A stretch of 64,000 bases of DNA, from NCBI GenBank assembly GCA_905178155.1, contig CAJINV010000013.1, positions 2,532,352 to 2,596,351 of the forward strand, given 5' to 3'. Positions 12,801-25,993 of this stretch are shown in pieces. The DNA comes from Amoebophrya sp. A120 (lineage: Eukaryota; Protista; Dinoflagellata). The position numbers and the translations under genes were made by a program. Under the pieces are notes generated by a model. That model was not told the origin of the DNA and did not search any database. It saw only the letters and a list, made by a program, of their open reading frames with translations. Within the stretch, counting starts at the first letter, position 1, and the number at the start of each line of letters is the position of its first letter.

Positions 12801-14621
12801 CCCCGCTGCAGCAGCTCCCCGTGGCGACTGCCGTGCAAGAGATGCGGCGTTGTCGCGCGACAACGAAGAAGAAGTGGGGATCAGCCTACTGCTTCTCGAA
12901 CTCTTTGGCTGGTGCCGAGCAGGTGCGACTACATTCGAACTGGAGGTTGAAGATTGCGCAGCAGCTGCTCCGTCAATGGAGCTTGTTCCAGTTTTTTTTC
13001 TGTTACTGCGCGATGCCGTCGCGGTTCTTGCCCCACTCGGAGGTCTTGTAACACGTCCAGTTGTACCATTTCCATTAGATGCGTGATTCGCGGTACTAGC
13101 TGATGTTGCCGCGTTACTACAACCAGTTGGACCACCTGCTGCGTGCAGGTTCGTCATTTTTTTGTTCTTCTGCAGCACTTGCCGGAAGACTTTTTCCGGA
13201 TTGGCGTTCGTCTCGAGGTCGGGGTGATATAAGTCGTCGGAAGTTCTTGGTCCTATGGGCGAAACAGGATCGGTTGCTCGCTTTTCTTCTTGTGCAATGG
13301 TGGATTTTCTTTCGCGGATGCTGTCATGATCTACTTCCGCTAACCCCCTTTTCTCACTCCGTGCGGGCGAAGAGAGATGAACCATTGCCAGCGATGGAGA
13401 AGGGCTGCGACTACTCTGTGCTTGCTCGTCTCTTTTGGTTCTTTGGCTTATTTTTCCGGCACCACTCCTCCGAGCAAACCCCGCCGCCTCGTCGGCCGCA
13501 AAGTCTAGATTTTTGATGATAAACGACTCCAACTTCCGCGTGTTTTTGTACCGCTTCCGCTCCGAGTTCGTGTGAAAGTTGCTGTCCGGGGACATGGCAG
13601 CCGGGGACGCGGAGAGAAGTAGATCGATCTCACCTGATGGGTTGTTAGAAAACTCAGCGTCATGATGTTGGTCCATGGTTGGACTGTCCGCGTCGATGTG
13701 TCCCATGAGGAGCTGTTGTTGGCGCTTCATCTTCGCCTGCTGTTGCGCTTTGAGATTTTTACACTCACCGGAAGTTGTAGGTGAGGCTGCGTCACCGTCA
13801 CCCGCTGAAATAGCTCTTGATATTTTTTCGGTTCTACTTCCGACTCCTCCTGGCGACGCCGAGCGTGACCTTGACCTGCCCCCGCTTCTTGTCAAGTCGG
13901 AGTTTGACACTTGACGCCCGCGGAGCCCGTTCCCCTTCAAGGTCTTCAAACTGGAGTTTTTGTTCCTTGATGCTGAAGAAGTTGCCAACACGTCGTCTTC
14001 CTCTCCTTGTCGTGCTCCACCGCCGTCGTTCGTAGTTTTTGGACTACTACTAGACACAGTTGCGATTCGAACACTGGTTGTGGACGATCTTTGAGCACCA
14101 TCTAAACCACCACCATTTTTCACGGCGACGCTGCCACCTCCCGCCGGTCCCCGCGGGCTCAACCGCACCCCGACCACGTTCCGCGACTGCTGCCGCGGAC
14201 TCAAGCTGGTTGAGGAGCGGTACACGACATGACTACTGCGGCTCGTCGTGGTAGTTCGGGGACTACTTATCAACATCGACACGGGTTTGATTCTCGCAGG
14301 CGCAAACTGCGGCGTGCTCAGCGGCACCCGGGGAGAGTTGATTGGTTTGGATTTGTCGTAGGGGTTGTGGGGATTGTACCCCATTGTCATGCCGGGCTTC
14401 ATGGGCAACGGAATTTGTCGTGCGGAAATACACTCCCGCGCCAGGTCCTTCAGCTGGCCGGAATGCTTGATTTTTTCCAAATTCGCACTCAGAGTGGTGG
14501 GCACCAGATTGACGTCGGGCGTGTCCAATTCCGTTTTGTTCGTGTACTGCAAGGGCTCTTTGCGGAGGATTCTGTTGATTTTTGCGTGAGTCATTTGGTT
14601 TTTTGTGCTGACTACGCTCAT
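9832..14621 (-). CDS. Large low-complexity Ser/Thr/Gly-rich protein of unknown function, split by a ~1.3-kb insertion
   Basis: ORFs 12390-14621 and 9832-11310 join in frame through a duplicated segment encoding AVHDEDP(P)QQE. No recognisable domain. Confidence 0.55.
11365..12623. mobile_element. Long (1259 bp) TATG...CATA insertion flanked by a ~35-bp exonic duplication
   Basis: GGATCTTCGTCGTGTACCGC at 11345-11364 and 12640-12659, each preceded by AACTCTTGCTG (11330 and 12628). GC-rich interior with internal repeats at ~12395-12510. Confidence 0.65.
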
Positions 14622-14780
14622 TCACGTCTTTAGTGATCTTGACAGACTGCGGCACTGAGCCGGCTGGGCCAGCATTGGTGAGAGGTTCATCTAGTACCTG
14701 GTAGAATGATGTATGACCTCACTTCATATGATTATCATCATCATCATCATCTTCATCATGCAGCATGAACTTACTTGCGT

Positions 14781-17400
14781 TCATAAGAGAACTGTAACGA
14801 CGAGTACAACATGTGAAGTGATTTTTCTATTGACTTTTAAGTACTTTGGTTCCTGGTGTACGTCCACCCCTTCCGTCCGCGTCGCGTAGTGTTCTTTCCA
14901 AAGCTGGAACTCCGGCAGCTCGTTTTTCTTCGGTAAAATTTTCATCACCGTCTCCTCCGTGACCAGATCCTTGTCGAAAATGGTCAATTTCTTCGGCGGA
15001 ATCTTGCTCGCGATCAAACTTTTGTTATTCCCATTGGTGGTGCTTGACGATGTCGATGCCTTGTTGCCAGTCCTTGTTGTGCTGAAAGGCAAATGCTTCG
15101 CGGCTTCCAGCGTGGGTAAATCCTCGGAAACAACCGGGACTTCGCCTGTCAAATTGGGATAATAAACTCGTGAATTCTCGTCCTAGACAGACATTTTCGC
15201 TGCACCTCTCATGCAGAACATAAAGAGAGAAGGAAAACGCTCCAGAGATAGAGATCGTAGTGATCCAGGTCAACGATGCATGCGTTTGCTTGTCTGTGGG
15301 TCCTAGCACGCGTTTTGTCCCGCCTACTTCTTCCATTCGAGAAGGATCATCTGTTAGCACATCCTATTGTATTGTTTGAAGAAGACAAAACCATCCGAAA
15401 ACTGTAGTGCATAAGTAGATACGCAGTCGCTCCACCAGCTCTAGATTTTCGTCTTTCAGTCTTCTCGCCTCTTCTTCCAGATCCAGCTCCTGCTGCTTTT
15501 TCCAGGCGTCGGATCCAACCGGGACCACGTCCTGGCTGAGCATCAGCCGTAACTGCCGGGCCTTGTCCTCCAAGGCTCTCCTGCTCTCCTTTGCCTCCAC
15601 GCTCTCCAGCTTTTCTGCGATGTGCCGCTCCTGTTCCAGCAGTTCCGTCTTCTCTTGGCTGATTTTCAAGAGCTTGTTTTGCTCGTTCTGTTCCTTCTGG
15701 AAAATTCGCTCTTGGATTTGCTTCTTCTTGCCTTCCAATTTCTCGTTCTGCTCCCTTTCCGTTTTGAGCAGCAGCTCAATCTGCCGCAGCTCCTCGTTCA
15801 GTTTCTTCCTTGCCAGCTGCTCCACGTGCTGGGAATAGTTGTTTTCCAGCGATCTCTTCGCCCGCGCATAGTAGTCCTTCTTCAAAGAATGGTGCGCACT
15901 GGCCGCCGTGGTGGATCCTGCTCCTGTAGTTGAGAAAGAAGAAGAACTAAGCGCACCACGACCTCTCGCTGATGCCGCTGTACCTGTTTTAGGGCTCTTG
16001 CTCGTGGCCGCAGGGGATTTTTTCGTAGAAGTAGATTTGCTACAGCCCGAAGCGCCCCGTCGTTGCTCCACTTCGTAGTTCTTTTCACAGCTAGACTTGG
16101 AAGTAGAGGCAGCACCTGCGCTCAACCGCCGGGGAGGCGGCGAATAGTCGTGGTGGCGGGTCGTGGTCGCGATACTGCTCACAGCAGAGGTTTTAGAAGA
16201 GGAAAAGCTCACTGCCCCCGGGTCGTGCCTCCTCGTGCTGCCTACGGGAGATTTCATGACCTTCCCCGCGGGCGAGGACGAGCCGGGACGACGGGGACCT
16301 GATGTTCGCCTGGAAACGGGGACCTGATGTTCGTCTGCTGTTGCTGCGCCGGTACTGGTGGACGAGGAGTTCTTTCCCGCTGTTGTTCTTGCCACAGCCA
16401 GACTGTTCATCTGGCGTAGACTACTAGAGCCACGCCCTTCCACTGGCGAACTAGCGGTGACAGTGGAGGACTTCGACGAAGAGAGCAGGCTGACGCGCGA
16501 CTCAGGTTGGAATAACGAACCGGACGAAGAAACCAGTGTCGGTCGGATGACAGTTGCCGCTTGTTTTCCTGTAGTGGAACTGCTTTTCATATTTATTCCA
16601 CCGAAAAGACCTCCGCCTCCTCGGGGGGAAGCGAGTGACGACCTTGTGACAACACTTCTATAGGGTGCTGCACCTCCACCACCGCCGCCGACGAGTATTG
16701 GTCTGTAGGAAGATGACGAGAAAGAGGAACTCGCAGCCGTCGAACCCCCGGGAGCTGCCGTGCTGATATGCGGCTGCCACGTCGATTTATTGTGGTTCGT
16801 CGAGGGGTTCGTTGAAATTTTCACCGGAGAGTCGTCTAGTAGTTTTTTCGGGCTAGTAGAAGATGAGCCGCCGCTGCTTTTCATCCGGGTAAGATTCCTT
16901 GCCGTAGTTGTTGCCACAACTACGGAAGGTCCTCCGCGGGGGTGGTAATCAAGAGACCGCTGATGCTCTGGCTCCAGGTGTCGTTCTTGGTCTATCGCGT
17001 GCTCATGATTTGCTGCTGGGTCCTCGTAATCTTTCATGTTGACATTTGCCCGAGAACTTTTCTTCGCCATATTGTCTTTCGCTCTCTTTGTTCCTCGTTT
17101 TGGCGGAGGTGAACCGAAGATCAACGGATCGCGGCATTTAGGACCTGGTGGTGTCGGTGAAGTAAAAATTGCAGGGTTCGAAAATTTATTCAAAAAGGAG
17201 TTCGTTGGTCCTCGTGCAGCTAACAATTGGTGATGTGCATGCTCGTCGCTGCTCATCCGGACATCACAGAGAACAATTTTTTTTTTCAAATATGGACTAA
17301 CTACCTGTAACCTCTGGCCGGTCTTTCCATGCGTGGCAGGGCATCTTTCCTTGACCACCCGAAGATGATTTGGGCGACATGCTGCGCCGCCGGGTAACAC
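14781..17400 (-). CDS. Low-complexity protein with a coiled-coil segment; may belong to the same gene as 9832-14621
   Basis: 678-aa ORF with E/K/Q/L-rich heptads (EQLARKKLNEELRQIELLLKTEREQNEKLE), plus a downstream exon ~14830-15182 after a TAG acceptor. Confidence 0.55.
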
Positions 17401-18546
17401 GGTTCTGCATCATGCTGTTGCTGGTTCTAGTTCCACTTGAGAAGTTGCTCATCTCTATCATGTGTTGAGTGTGACGCCCGCCTTGCGCGTCATTTGCTCT
17501 TGTTTTTCTTTTTGTTCAAATTGCGAAATACTGTCTGTGTCAATGATCAAATCTGTATCTGTTGCTCGTCACCGTATGATGACCGCAATCCTGTTCTTCT
17601 CTCAGAATGATGAATACGCAACCATAATAGATTATGGCAAGAACTTCATCCCGGGGCATGATGTTCCGCCTAAAAAAAAAACGCGGCCAAGCAGGAATCT
17701 TGTTGCCCACATTACTGAAGAAAAGGAAAACCAGACCAAACTCAACGTCTCAACATCACCAGTCGTGGATCCTCACTCAAAAACTACGTACTGCATAGAA
17801 CAACTAGAAGTAGAAACACAAAGACAAACACATAAAGAATAGACTGACCACGACGACGAGGACGATGTAGCACGATGGTGTGGCAAAAAAGTAAAAAACT
17901 TTTGTGGTATGATCATTGATACGACATAATGATCTGGGGGCGGACAGAACATCACGAAGAAGTACTTCGAAGGACATGGCTGCTTTTGACCGTCGACGCG
18001 ATCAGTACTATCGCTTTGATATCCACGTACAGTACGAATTTCGTTACCAGATCAACAGTCGTCCGCTAGTACCTACAGCAGGTGCGTCTCGTGATCTGCC
18101 TTCGATATTACCATGTTCAGAATCGCTCGCGTAGGTGGAGCGGCGGAGTTGTGCTAATCGCTACTTTGCTATTCGAAATAAACCAACGGCGTTGATGAGT
18201 GTTTTTTTTTCTTTGACTTTGTTTGCTTGTCGGAGTTGCAACTGCGGTTTCCGGCGGGTGAAAGCAGTGCTCTCTTCTTTGAAAATGTTTGTTTTGATAC
18301 AAGGCTGCAAAGAATCTACCCTTCGTCTCTAAAGCTAAACCCGAGCTTAAATACATTGACGAAAAAATATGAAAGTATTCAGTAGATGGCGGTTGCTGGA
18401 AAGTTTGAAAAAAGAACCAAACTCGACACGTCTTCTTTATTATCTTTGATATACGTAACAAGAATGCACCTACAGCACCTGGCCAGCAGGAGCAGGAGCA
18501 CCACTAGCGAAGCACCACTAGCGAAGCCATCCACGACCGTAATCTA

Positions 18547-19527
18547 TCACAGCTCCTCATCGCGCGTCCTAGCTGCCTCATCCTTCTCCAGTGCAGCTCT
18601 TCTTGGCTTTTTATGGTTTTGATCTTGTGCGACAGAGTTGTTCTTTGTGGATTTTGTGGACGACTGCAGGGCAGGAGCTGCACTCTGTTCGACATCTTTC
18701 GTCGTGACTTCGTCGAGCTTCTTGCTTGCTGCTTCCCAAAACGCGTCCCACTGCGGCTTCAGGACGTTTTGTACCAGGTGATCGAACTGCTCGATTACCG
18801 CACTAAACCCCTTCTGCGTTTTCGTCATGACAGTATCAGCCCACAGCCGGCACTGGTCTCCCAGAAACTCGTAGGAGCTCCCCGCCGCGTTGAGCAGGTC
18901 ACTTTCCAAACTCCGGTACGTTTCTCGTGTGCTGTAAATCAAGTCCTTGCAGTATCAAAAGGAAACATCCCCCCTGCTCCCCATATCGAAAACGAAATTT
19001 GTGATCGTGTATTTGAGTACACAAGTCGACTTGTGTTGCTAGAAGGCGAAGAGACGCAGCAGCGGCATTAATTGCAGGCGATCTGTCATGCTGTTCCCCA
19101 CTTCCAGCTACCTCCTGTCATGTTGAAGATGCAAGGCTTTCCTGCGCCACCCAGCACTCCAGTCCGTTTCTTTTGCCTTCTAGCATGACAAGCTGATTTG
19201 TGGCCACAAATCTGCATCACAGATTTCTGTTTTGATATGGGGAGGGGGGATTTTTCTTTTTGATATGCAGTCGAGATTGTAGTCCTCAACTTTCTTGCAG
19301 TTGATCTCCAGCCACGTCTCCGGCTCCGAGGTTTTAAATTTGTTCGCGTCAAAGTGCTTGGCGTACTCAAACGGGACCTGCACAGAGATAAACTCGCTGG
19401 TAATGTCGCCCTCGAGCGCCGTGCTGATTTCGGAGGACTCCAGCACCGGCTTCGTGACTATCTGCACGATGAGGACAAACCGCAGCAGCGCGCACACGGA
19501 CAGGAAGAGCAGCGCAGTGGTGATCAC
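18547..19527 (-). CDS. Small protein with an N-terminal hydrophobic segment, unknown function
   Basis: ORFs 19180-19527 and 18547-18942 share a frame and join as YNLDC/KDLIYST after removing element 18953-19265. True start may lie further upstream. Confidence 0.6.
18953..19265. mobile_element. TATS-ended introner with ~55-bp TIR, TSD TGCAG
   Basis: TATCAAAAGGAAACATCCCCC..CTCCCCATATCGAAAAC / GTTTTGATATGGGGAGGGGGGATTTTTCTTTTTGATA; TGCAG at 18948-18952 and 19266-19270. Removing 318 nt is in frame. Confidence 0.9.
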
Positions 19528-19973
19528 GAGGCAGGCAGAAAGCCATTTGGTGACAGAGCACGCCTTTTTCTTCTTTCGTGGAGGTTGTACTATAGCGGGA
19601 GTTGTTATTGGTCTTTCCTGATTTGATGTAGAAGAGGCGGTCGATGCAGACTTCTTCGTACTGCTTGTCTGACAACGCGTCGTGTCGTTCTCCCCGCTGC
19701 CGTCTGCTTGCTCTGCTATCTGTGGCAGCGGGGTTTTGTACGACCCGTGCGAGTCCTTGGAACTGCAACTTCTGCGCGTCTGAAATCAATGTGAGAGGAA
19801 TCGTGTGTTTAAAACTTAACTATCTTCTCTTTTTTACTATGCGATCTTGATGTGGCGGACAATGTAAATTTTGCTTCTACTTTATTTCATCGTGGTATTT
19901 ATTGGCCGCAAGCTGCGAGAGTTGTCTTTTGCATTGCAGCAAGAAGGACATGACCGCGCGAGGAGAGAGAGCT

Positions 19974-22880
19974 TCAAATGCGATTTTGTTTTTGAAAGCA
20001 CTCTCTGAAGATTAAAAACAGCAAATCTACCGCCCCTTCCGGCAGTGGCGTCTGGAAGTCGATTCTACTTCCCGAAGGAAGTAGGCTTCTGAAGCCGCCT
20101 CCCTCCTCAGACGTCCTTCTGCTCGTCGTGCCGCCGGGGGTTTCGTACCTGGCACTTCTTGCCGTCACGGGGTCGTCCAGCGTTTTATTTCTTGTTCTGA
20201 CGGATTGAGGTTGCACCGGCGTTCTTGTCAATAGATTCTCCTCCTCTTCTTGCTGGGCAGTACAACTAGAAATAACGGGCTGCGGCTCGCCTTTGCTGGC
20301 GGCCTTGGTTCTACTGAAGTTGAACAAGGAGGAGAACATAGAAGATGAGCTGCTTGTCACGGCCGGTTCAACGGAAGATGCAGATGATGAAGTCGCGGCA
20401 CTACTTGCAGCAATAGAGGATGCGTCTTTGCGGCCAGGACGCTCTTGATTTTTTTGTGCTCCATAGACAAAATCCGTCCCTCCTCCGGAGATGATACCAT
20501 CGTCTAGTTCTTCATCGTTTTCCTCGTCCCGTTCCCTCAGCTTTTCTGCTCCGGGGCTGGTTGCAGACGTAGTAGTGCTGTGCAGCGGTCCATTGTTGTA
20601 GGTTTTTGGCATGATCAAACCAGATGAAATCGTTCCTCCGATGTTGTTCATCTCTTTTTCGAAAATTTTCCTGGCCCGTTCGACCGAGCCTTCTCGTATC
20701 ACGTCGACGCCTCGCGCCTTTAGCTGGCTCTGCCGCCCCCGCTCCGTGTTGTTCTGACCCGCATCGTTGCTGCGCTCGCGCATCCGCCCGGGGCCACAGC
20801 CCGCCTCCATCTCGCTGTCTTCGCTCTCGCGCGCCACCCGACGCCCGACCACCGCTGGCTGGAACAAACCTGATGAAAGAATGAAAGCCTGGGGGAATGC
20901 CGATGCGACACGTTTTTTCGTACGTCAACATTCGCGTCTCGTGCAGCTAGTTGTAGTTGTTTCTTCTATATGATGCAAAGAAAAGCTGCGCTGTGCTACA
21001 AATACATCAACATTCGAACTACTCTACAACTATTTTTGCTACTATATTATACTAGCGTTTCTACCTTCTGTGGGCGAAAACGCAGTTCCTGCTGCTGCGG
21101 TGCTTGCTCTTGCTGACTCGGGCGGCAGCTGGTCATCCTGCGGCACCATTACCGAACTGTTTAACCCAGCACTGGCCCCCGCTGTTGTCGTGGTGGTCGA
21201 GCCTACTATCCCGAAACTCCTCTCGCTGCTGACCGCGCGCCCTCCGCGACTGCTGTTGATCCGATCTAACGAGCTTTCTCGTTCTCTGGATCGCTGCCGA
21301 ATGCGGGCAAGGGAATTGTTCAGCGGCTCCTTCTGCGCTTCCAGGCGGCGGAGGCGCTCCTCAGACCGTTCCCGCAGGGCCTGGATGCTCGAAGAAACGC
21401 GGCTTGAGACCATGGAGTGGTCTTTGGGGTCGTTCACGGAGTTATCTTCAGCATTATGAGAGTGGATAAACACGGCCACCCGCCCGTTCCTCGTCGTTGT
21501 CATCGACCTTGTTTGAAGAAGGCTAAAAGGATAAGTACATAGTGAGTCACAGGTAACGATAAACTATGTACTTCTACCTCCCTGGCATAGAAAAATGAAT
21601 CTTCGACGCGAGACCTAGTCAAGTTCTGCGGTGCTGGTTCGTTGTGGCTACTCTTGCAACTTGCCATGCAATGTGCTGCTAGAAGGACAAGATTGGGCTG
21701 CAATTATCGGTATATTGCAAGAAATCAAGCACAGACGGAAGGGCGGGGCCGCTGTGCCATCCCATAATTTTCCTTGTTGCTTCCCCCGGCGGGGGGATAC
21801 ACAGTGGAGAGTGAAGCGCCTGTTGCGGCCGGATAGTAAGTTTTTCTCTCCAACGAGGAGCTGGTAGCGGACTTCCCTATGTTGTTTTCGTCGGAAAAGC
21901 GACGCTGGAGCGATGTTGTCGTCTGCTGTGTGCGGGCCTAGATATTGATTTTGAAGTTTGATGTTCTTCATTTCTCTATTAGTATCTTATGCCATGGTCA
22001 AAGTGATATGTCGATGCTCGCTAAGCTCCAAATAGCAGGCGATCTCGAGCCAACAGTGAGAAGGGCTCCAATGTGAGTGCGACTCGTGTTCGTCAACGCC
22101 TTAACATGATCCTGAAAGTGAAATAATTACGAAGAATTTACCAGAGCTTTATTCGCGAAGATATTGCTCCTGCTGGTCGGCGCGAGAATTGTGGATCGGT
22201 TTTGCGCGAACTCGCCCGGCTGAAGTAGTTTACTAGTGCCACTCCCTGTTCTGTCGTTCGAATTGGAGCGGTTTCTCGCCTGCTCTACACTGAGCTTTCG
22301 TTCCGTGCTCGTTCCCCGCCGGCGCACTTGCTCGACGCTCGGCTTGCGGTGCTCCAGACTCGGCCTCCTTTCCAGACTGGGTCTGCGTACCTCCAGTCCC
22401 GGGCTGGGCTGGCGATTTAGACCAAAAGCAGATCTAGTTCCACCGAGGGTTGTGGATGAAGTCGTGTTGTCTACTGCAGCAACTCTTCCAGCGTTGTTTC
22501 TCGTACTGTTGCTGCGATTGTTGCTTCGGTTGTTGTTCAGGTCGACAGTTTGCTGACCCAGCCTGTTCTTGCTGCCCAACATTCGCTGATGAAACACAGT
22601 GGATGTTGAGCTTGTGCTAGATGAAGCGGCGCCCGCTGTTGTCTGTTTGTTTGTCCCAACAGCGTTGTTAGAGGACAAGCTGCGGTTTCTTGGCGAAGGA
22701 ATGCGGGTCGCTGCTGCTCCCGTAGAAGACGGATGGTGCAGCTGGCCACTTCCACTGCCAAGATTCCTCGTGCTTGAGGTGCCGGTATTTGATGCAAGTG
22801 GCTTGTTTATTGCACCGAACGATGTAGCTTTGCTGCGAGACGATTTTGCCGAGGTGTTGCCGCCGGAGCAGACCTGTCAA
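19974..22880 (-). CDS. Low-complexity Ser/Arg-rich protein(s), multi-exon, unknown function
   Basis: Collinear minus-strand ORFs 22127-22678 (open further upstream), 21042-21503 and 19974-20867. Exon joins are unresolved. Confidence 0.4.
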
Positions 22881-22960
22881 TGTTGTTCTGTCTGTAATAT
22901 TCATTGTTCTCGTGCGGTTGTAATCACAACATGACACCAGGAGCAACTGCAACGGTATTT

Positions 22961-25400
22961 CTATTTGCAATGCTGCAAGGCGGGATCCAAAAATATTAAT
23001 TCTAATATTACATTCGACTCCAAGGACGCTCGCGGCTCCGGGGCGCCCTTGTTCGCTGCGCCGCTTGACGAGGACGTCCCGGCCGACGAAGAACTTTTCG
23101 CGCCACGACTTTCGGCCGCACCACCGGTAGTAGTTGCCAGACTGACCTCTGCGGCCGGCAAATTTCCGTAGAATTTCGCCACCTCGGAGACGTGTCGCAC
23201 CCCGCTCGGGAGAAGGTGCAGCAGAAACCGCTCCACGTGTGTCCGGCGGTGCTTTGCCATGGGGGGTAGGGCCCAGGTGGAGTAGTTGGACGTCTTGGCG
23301 AGCTCCAGATGCGTCAACAGGTCGTCCTCGTGTTTCACGTATGCATTGCAAAGATTACATGTGGTCTGATGGGAGGTCTGGAGAGTACATGCAAAGCACT
23401 GAAGATCGTGCGTCCTCTAAAACAACAGACAGCAATTTGTTTTCGCTACAAGCCTATGCCCTTTTCTGGCCAAACTGATGCGGAAGCCGAAGCCGTATTT
23501 TACAGGCGGGACGTCATGCCCTGTGAAGGCGAAGCCCGCACAAAACCTGTGATGCAAAGCCCAGTAAGTCTAAGTGCTTATTGTTCTTCCACACCTCGCT
23601 CGTGGGGTCAACAAAATGAAAATCTGCATGTTGGCAATAAGCTTCTGCAGTGTAGAAGTAGATAGAAGTAGCGCCGGTTCCAGTTCTTCCAGCAGACCGT
23701 CAGACATACAACTTGCATGTGATATCACGCCTTTGATGCTGTCGATGATCCGCTCAAACCGCGTCTGCCACTGTTCGTCAACGAAACGTTTTCGGTTGAA
23801 GTTGTAGACCGCAATGTACATCGGCGAGGTAGAAGACCCTGAGACCGACGAGCTTCTAGCATGCGGCCGCTCCGCGGACGACGGTTCGGCGGACACGCCA
23901 CGAAACAACGACAGGACTGCTTGGAAGAACCAAAACGTGAGCCGGAAGTGAACCTCGTGCGTGTTCTGCTCATCGAAGATACTGTAGTAGCGCGGATGAT
24001 CGCCAGAATTGTCACTGTCGTGGAACAAGTCCCGATGACGAGCACCCTCAGCATCAACCTTTGGGATCTCTTTCTCGAACCGGAAGACGAAGAGTCCGTG
24101 TTCTTTCAGTTTTGACAGGCCCAGCGAGAATTGCTTCATGAGGAGTTGCCACTGGAGCAGTGAGTCCACCGGGGTGTGCACGATGGACTGCTTGGAAGTC
24201 GACTTCGACGGCAGTTTGGAAGCGGCGCCGCGACCAGAAAAAAAGGACTTGGAAAGATAGTTGGCGCCAAGTATACCACTACTTCCCGGAGAATCATCGG
24301 AGTCAAAAGCTCCTGAGATAAAATTGGTTTTCTTGCATCTTCGGAATTTTGTGAAGTAAGATTATACTGATTTTGCGCCGCGAATGCAAACGATAGTCTG
24401 CTGCTCAGGGTCGGTTTTTCTTTTTTTTGTGAAAAGAGCTGTCATCTTCTCATACATTTATTACCCCAACTCAACTACAACTTGAACTTCTACTACGCTC
24501 CCGAATGATGAAAAAATAGATACCTATGCTGTGCCTCCGCCCAAATCCGCCGTCCTGCGCAGCGTCTGCCACGACGAGGTCTACATCACTGCACTCGATC
24601 TTGTCTGCGGTCAACTCACAAAGGTCTTTGTACTGGTAAGTGAAACTAAAATCCGGATTGCTGTGTGGAGTTTTTGGTTGTTTTTGTTTATTTTTGGTCC
24701 GCATGGGCCTGCATATCCATATGTTGCATGCACATGCTCGCGGCGATGTTCCTATTTACTTTTTCATGCAAAATGAAAAACAATAATCCCATTGCTGCAG
24801 CAGCAAGAGCAACATACAAGCGCATACCACACTGCTACCAGTAGTAACAACCTTGCGTGAAGCTGCTCCTGGAGCTACCTCTTCTTGCCAGTGTTGCTGC
24901 TACTCATCTTCCTATTATAGTTCCAAGAATATTACCTCGCAGGTCTCGGCAGCTGCAATTTTTTGCCCCCAGCTTCGACCCCGAGGGTGATTGCGTGGCC
25001 TTTCGCGATTTTTTGCCCGGTCGTTCCCCGCCTGTAGTTGGCGAGAAAATCGGTGAAGCCGCCCGGGGCCGCGGCAAGGTCGAGAAAGGACAGGTCTTGG
25101 CTTCTGTTCTCCTTCGTCTTGAGATTTTCAAAATCCGAGTCACGGAATTGCTGGAAAATCTTGGCGAGCAGCTCGTGCCCGAAGCGCTTTTCCTCGTAGG
25201 ACGTGGCAGTTGACGACATTTTCTTTCTGTGCAGACGCAAAGAAATCTGAAATTCTAAGGTAGTTCAAGGTGTAGCAGTAGTTATTTTGTACACGGGAGT
25301 AGATTCTTGTGCTCTGCGTCTGCCTTGTCTACTCATCGCAATTACTCTTTCTCGATGTTGGTACCTACTTCTAGACCACATGAGATCTCTTTCTCGTCGG
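22961..25400 (-). CDS. FtsJ/RrmJ-like SAM-dependent ribose 2'-O-methyltransferase domain protein
   Basis: FLDLAAAPGGFTDFL (SAM-binding motif) and DLVVADAA. Canonical GT-AG introns at 24709-24935 and 24313-24523 join in frame. Removing element 23340-23724 joins IKGV/KHEDD. Start is approximate. Confidence 0.75.
23340..23724. mobile_element. TATS-ended introner, TSD TCACG
   Basis: TATGCATTGCAAAG...CTTGCATGTGATA; TCACG at 23335-23339 and 23725-23729. Removing 390 nt is in frame. Confidence 0.9.
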
Positions 25401-25993
25401 TTGTCTTTGTTCGGAATGCAAATGGCCACCACGACAAGAATAGTAAAACTAAAAGCTGCGACGAACAACGAGAAACACAAACTACAACTAGAGTTGTAGC
25501 AAGAAACCAATATTAGGAGCAATTAGGAGGTAAATAGACATGATTTCCACGAACATGCAGAATGGAAATGGTCAGGACGAGCACGAGGAAGATGCAGCTG
25601 TCGAGCTTCTTGATGCAAAATGCTGCTCCAAATTATACCTCACTTGTAGTACAATCGAGCGAAAAGTAGAACTACGAGTCGATGCCACTGGTGCAGCACA
25701 TCAGTCGCCAGCACACGACGAAAACTCGGTGTATACTAACTTGTTCTGAACATCACACCAAAACCGTCCATAACAGGAGCGATCAAAAATAGGTTACCCG
25801 CGATCGAACTGTAAGGAACAGCGGTCGAACAAAGTTAACTTTTGTGCAATGTACCATCGAGCCCTACAGATGAACAAGGGAAGTTTGCAGCCATTGCGCG
25901 CACGCAGGATTTGGATGGTAGTGCAGCAAGTTTCTGGTGCGCTAGTAGAGGTAACGTGCTAGCAACCGTGCAATCGAATCCAACCAAGCCTTT

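Noticed and set aside
20967-21046. TATATGATGCAAAG resembling a family left end
   Set aside because: I found no convincing TSD and no in-frame join.
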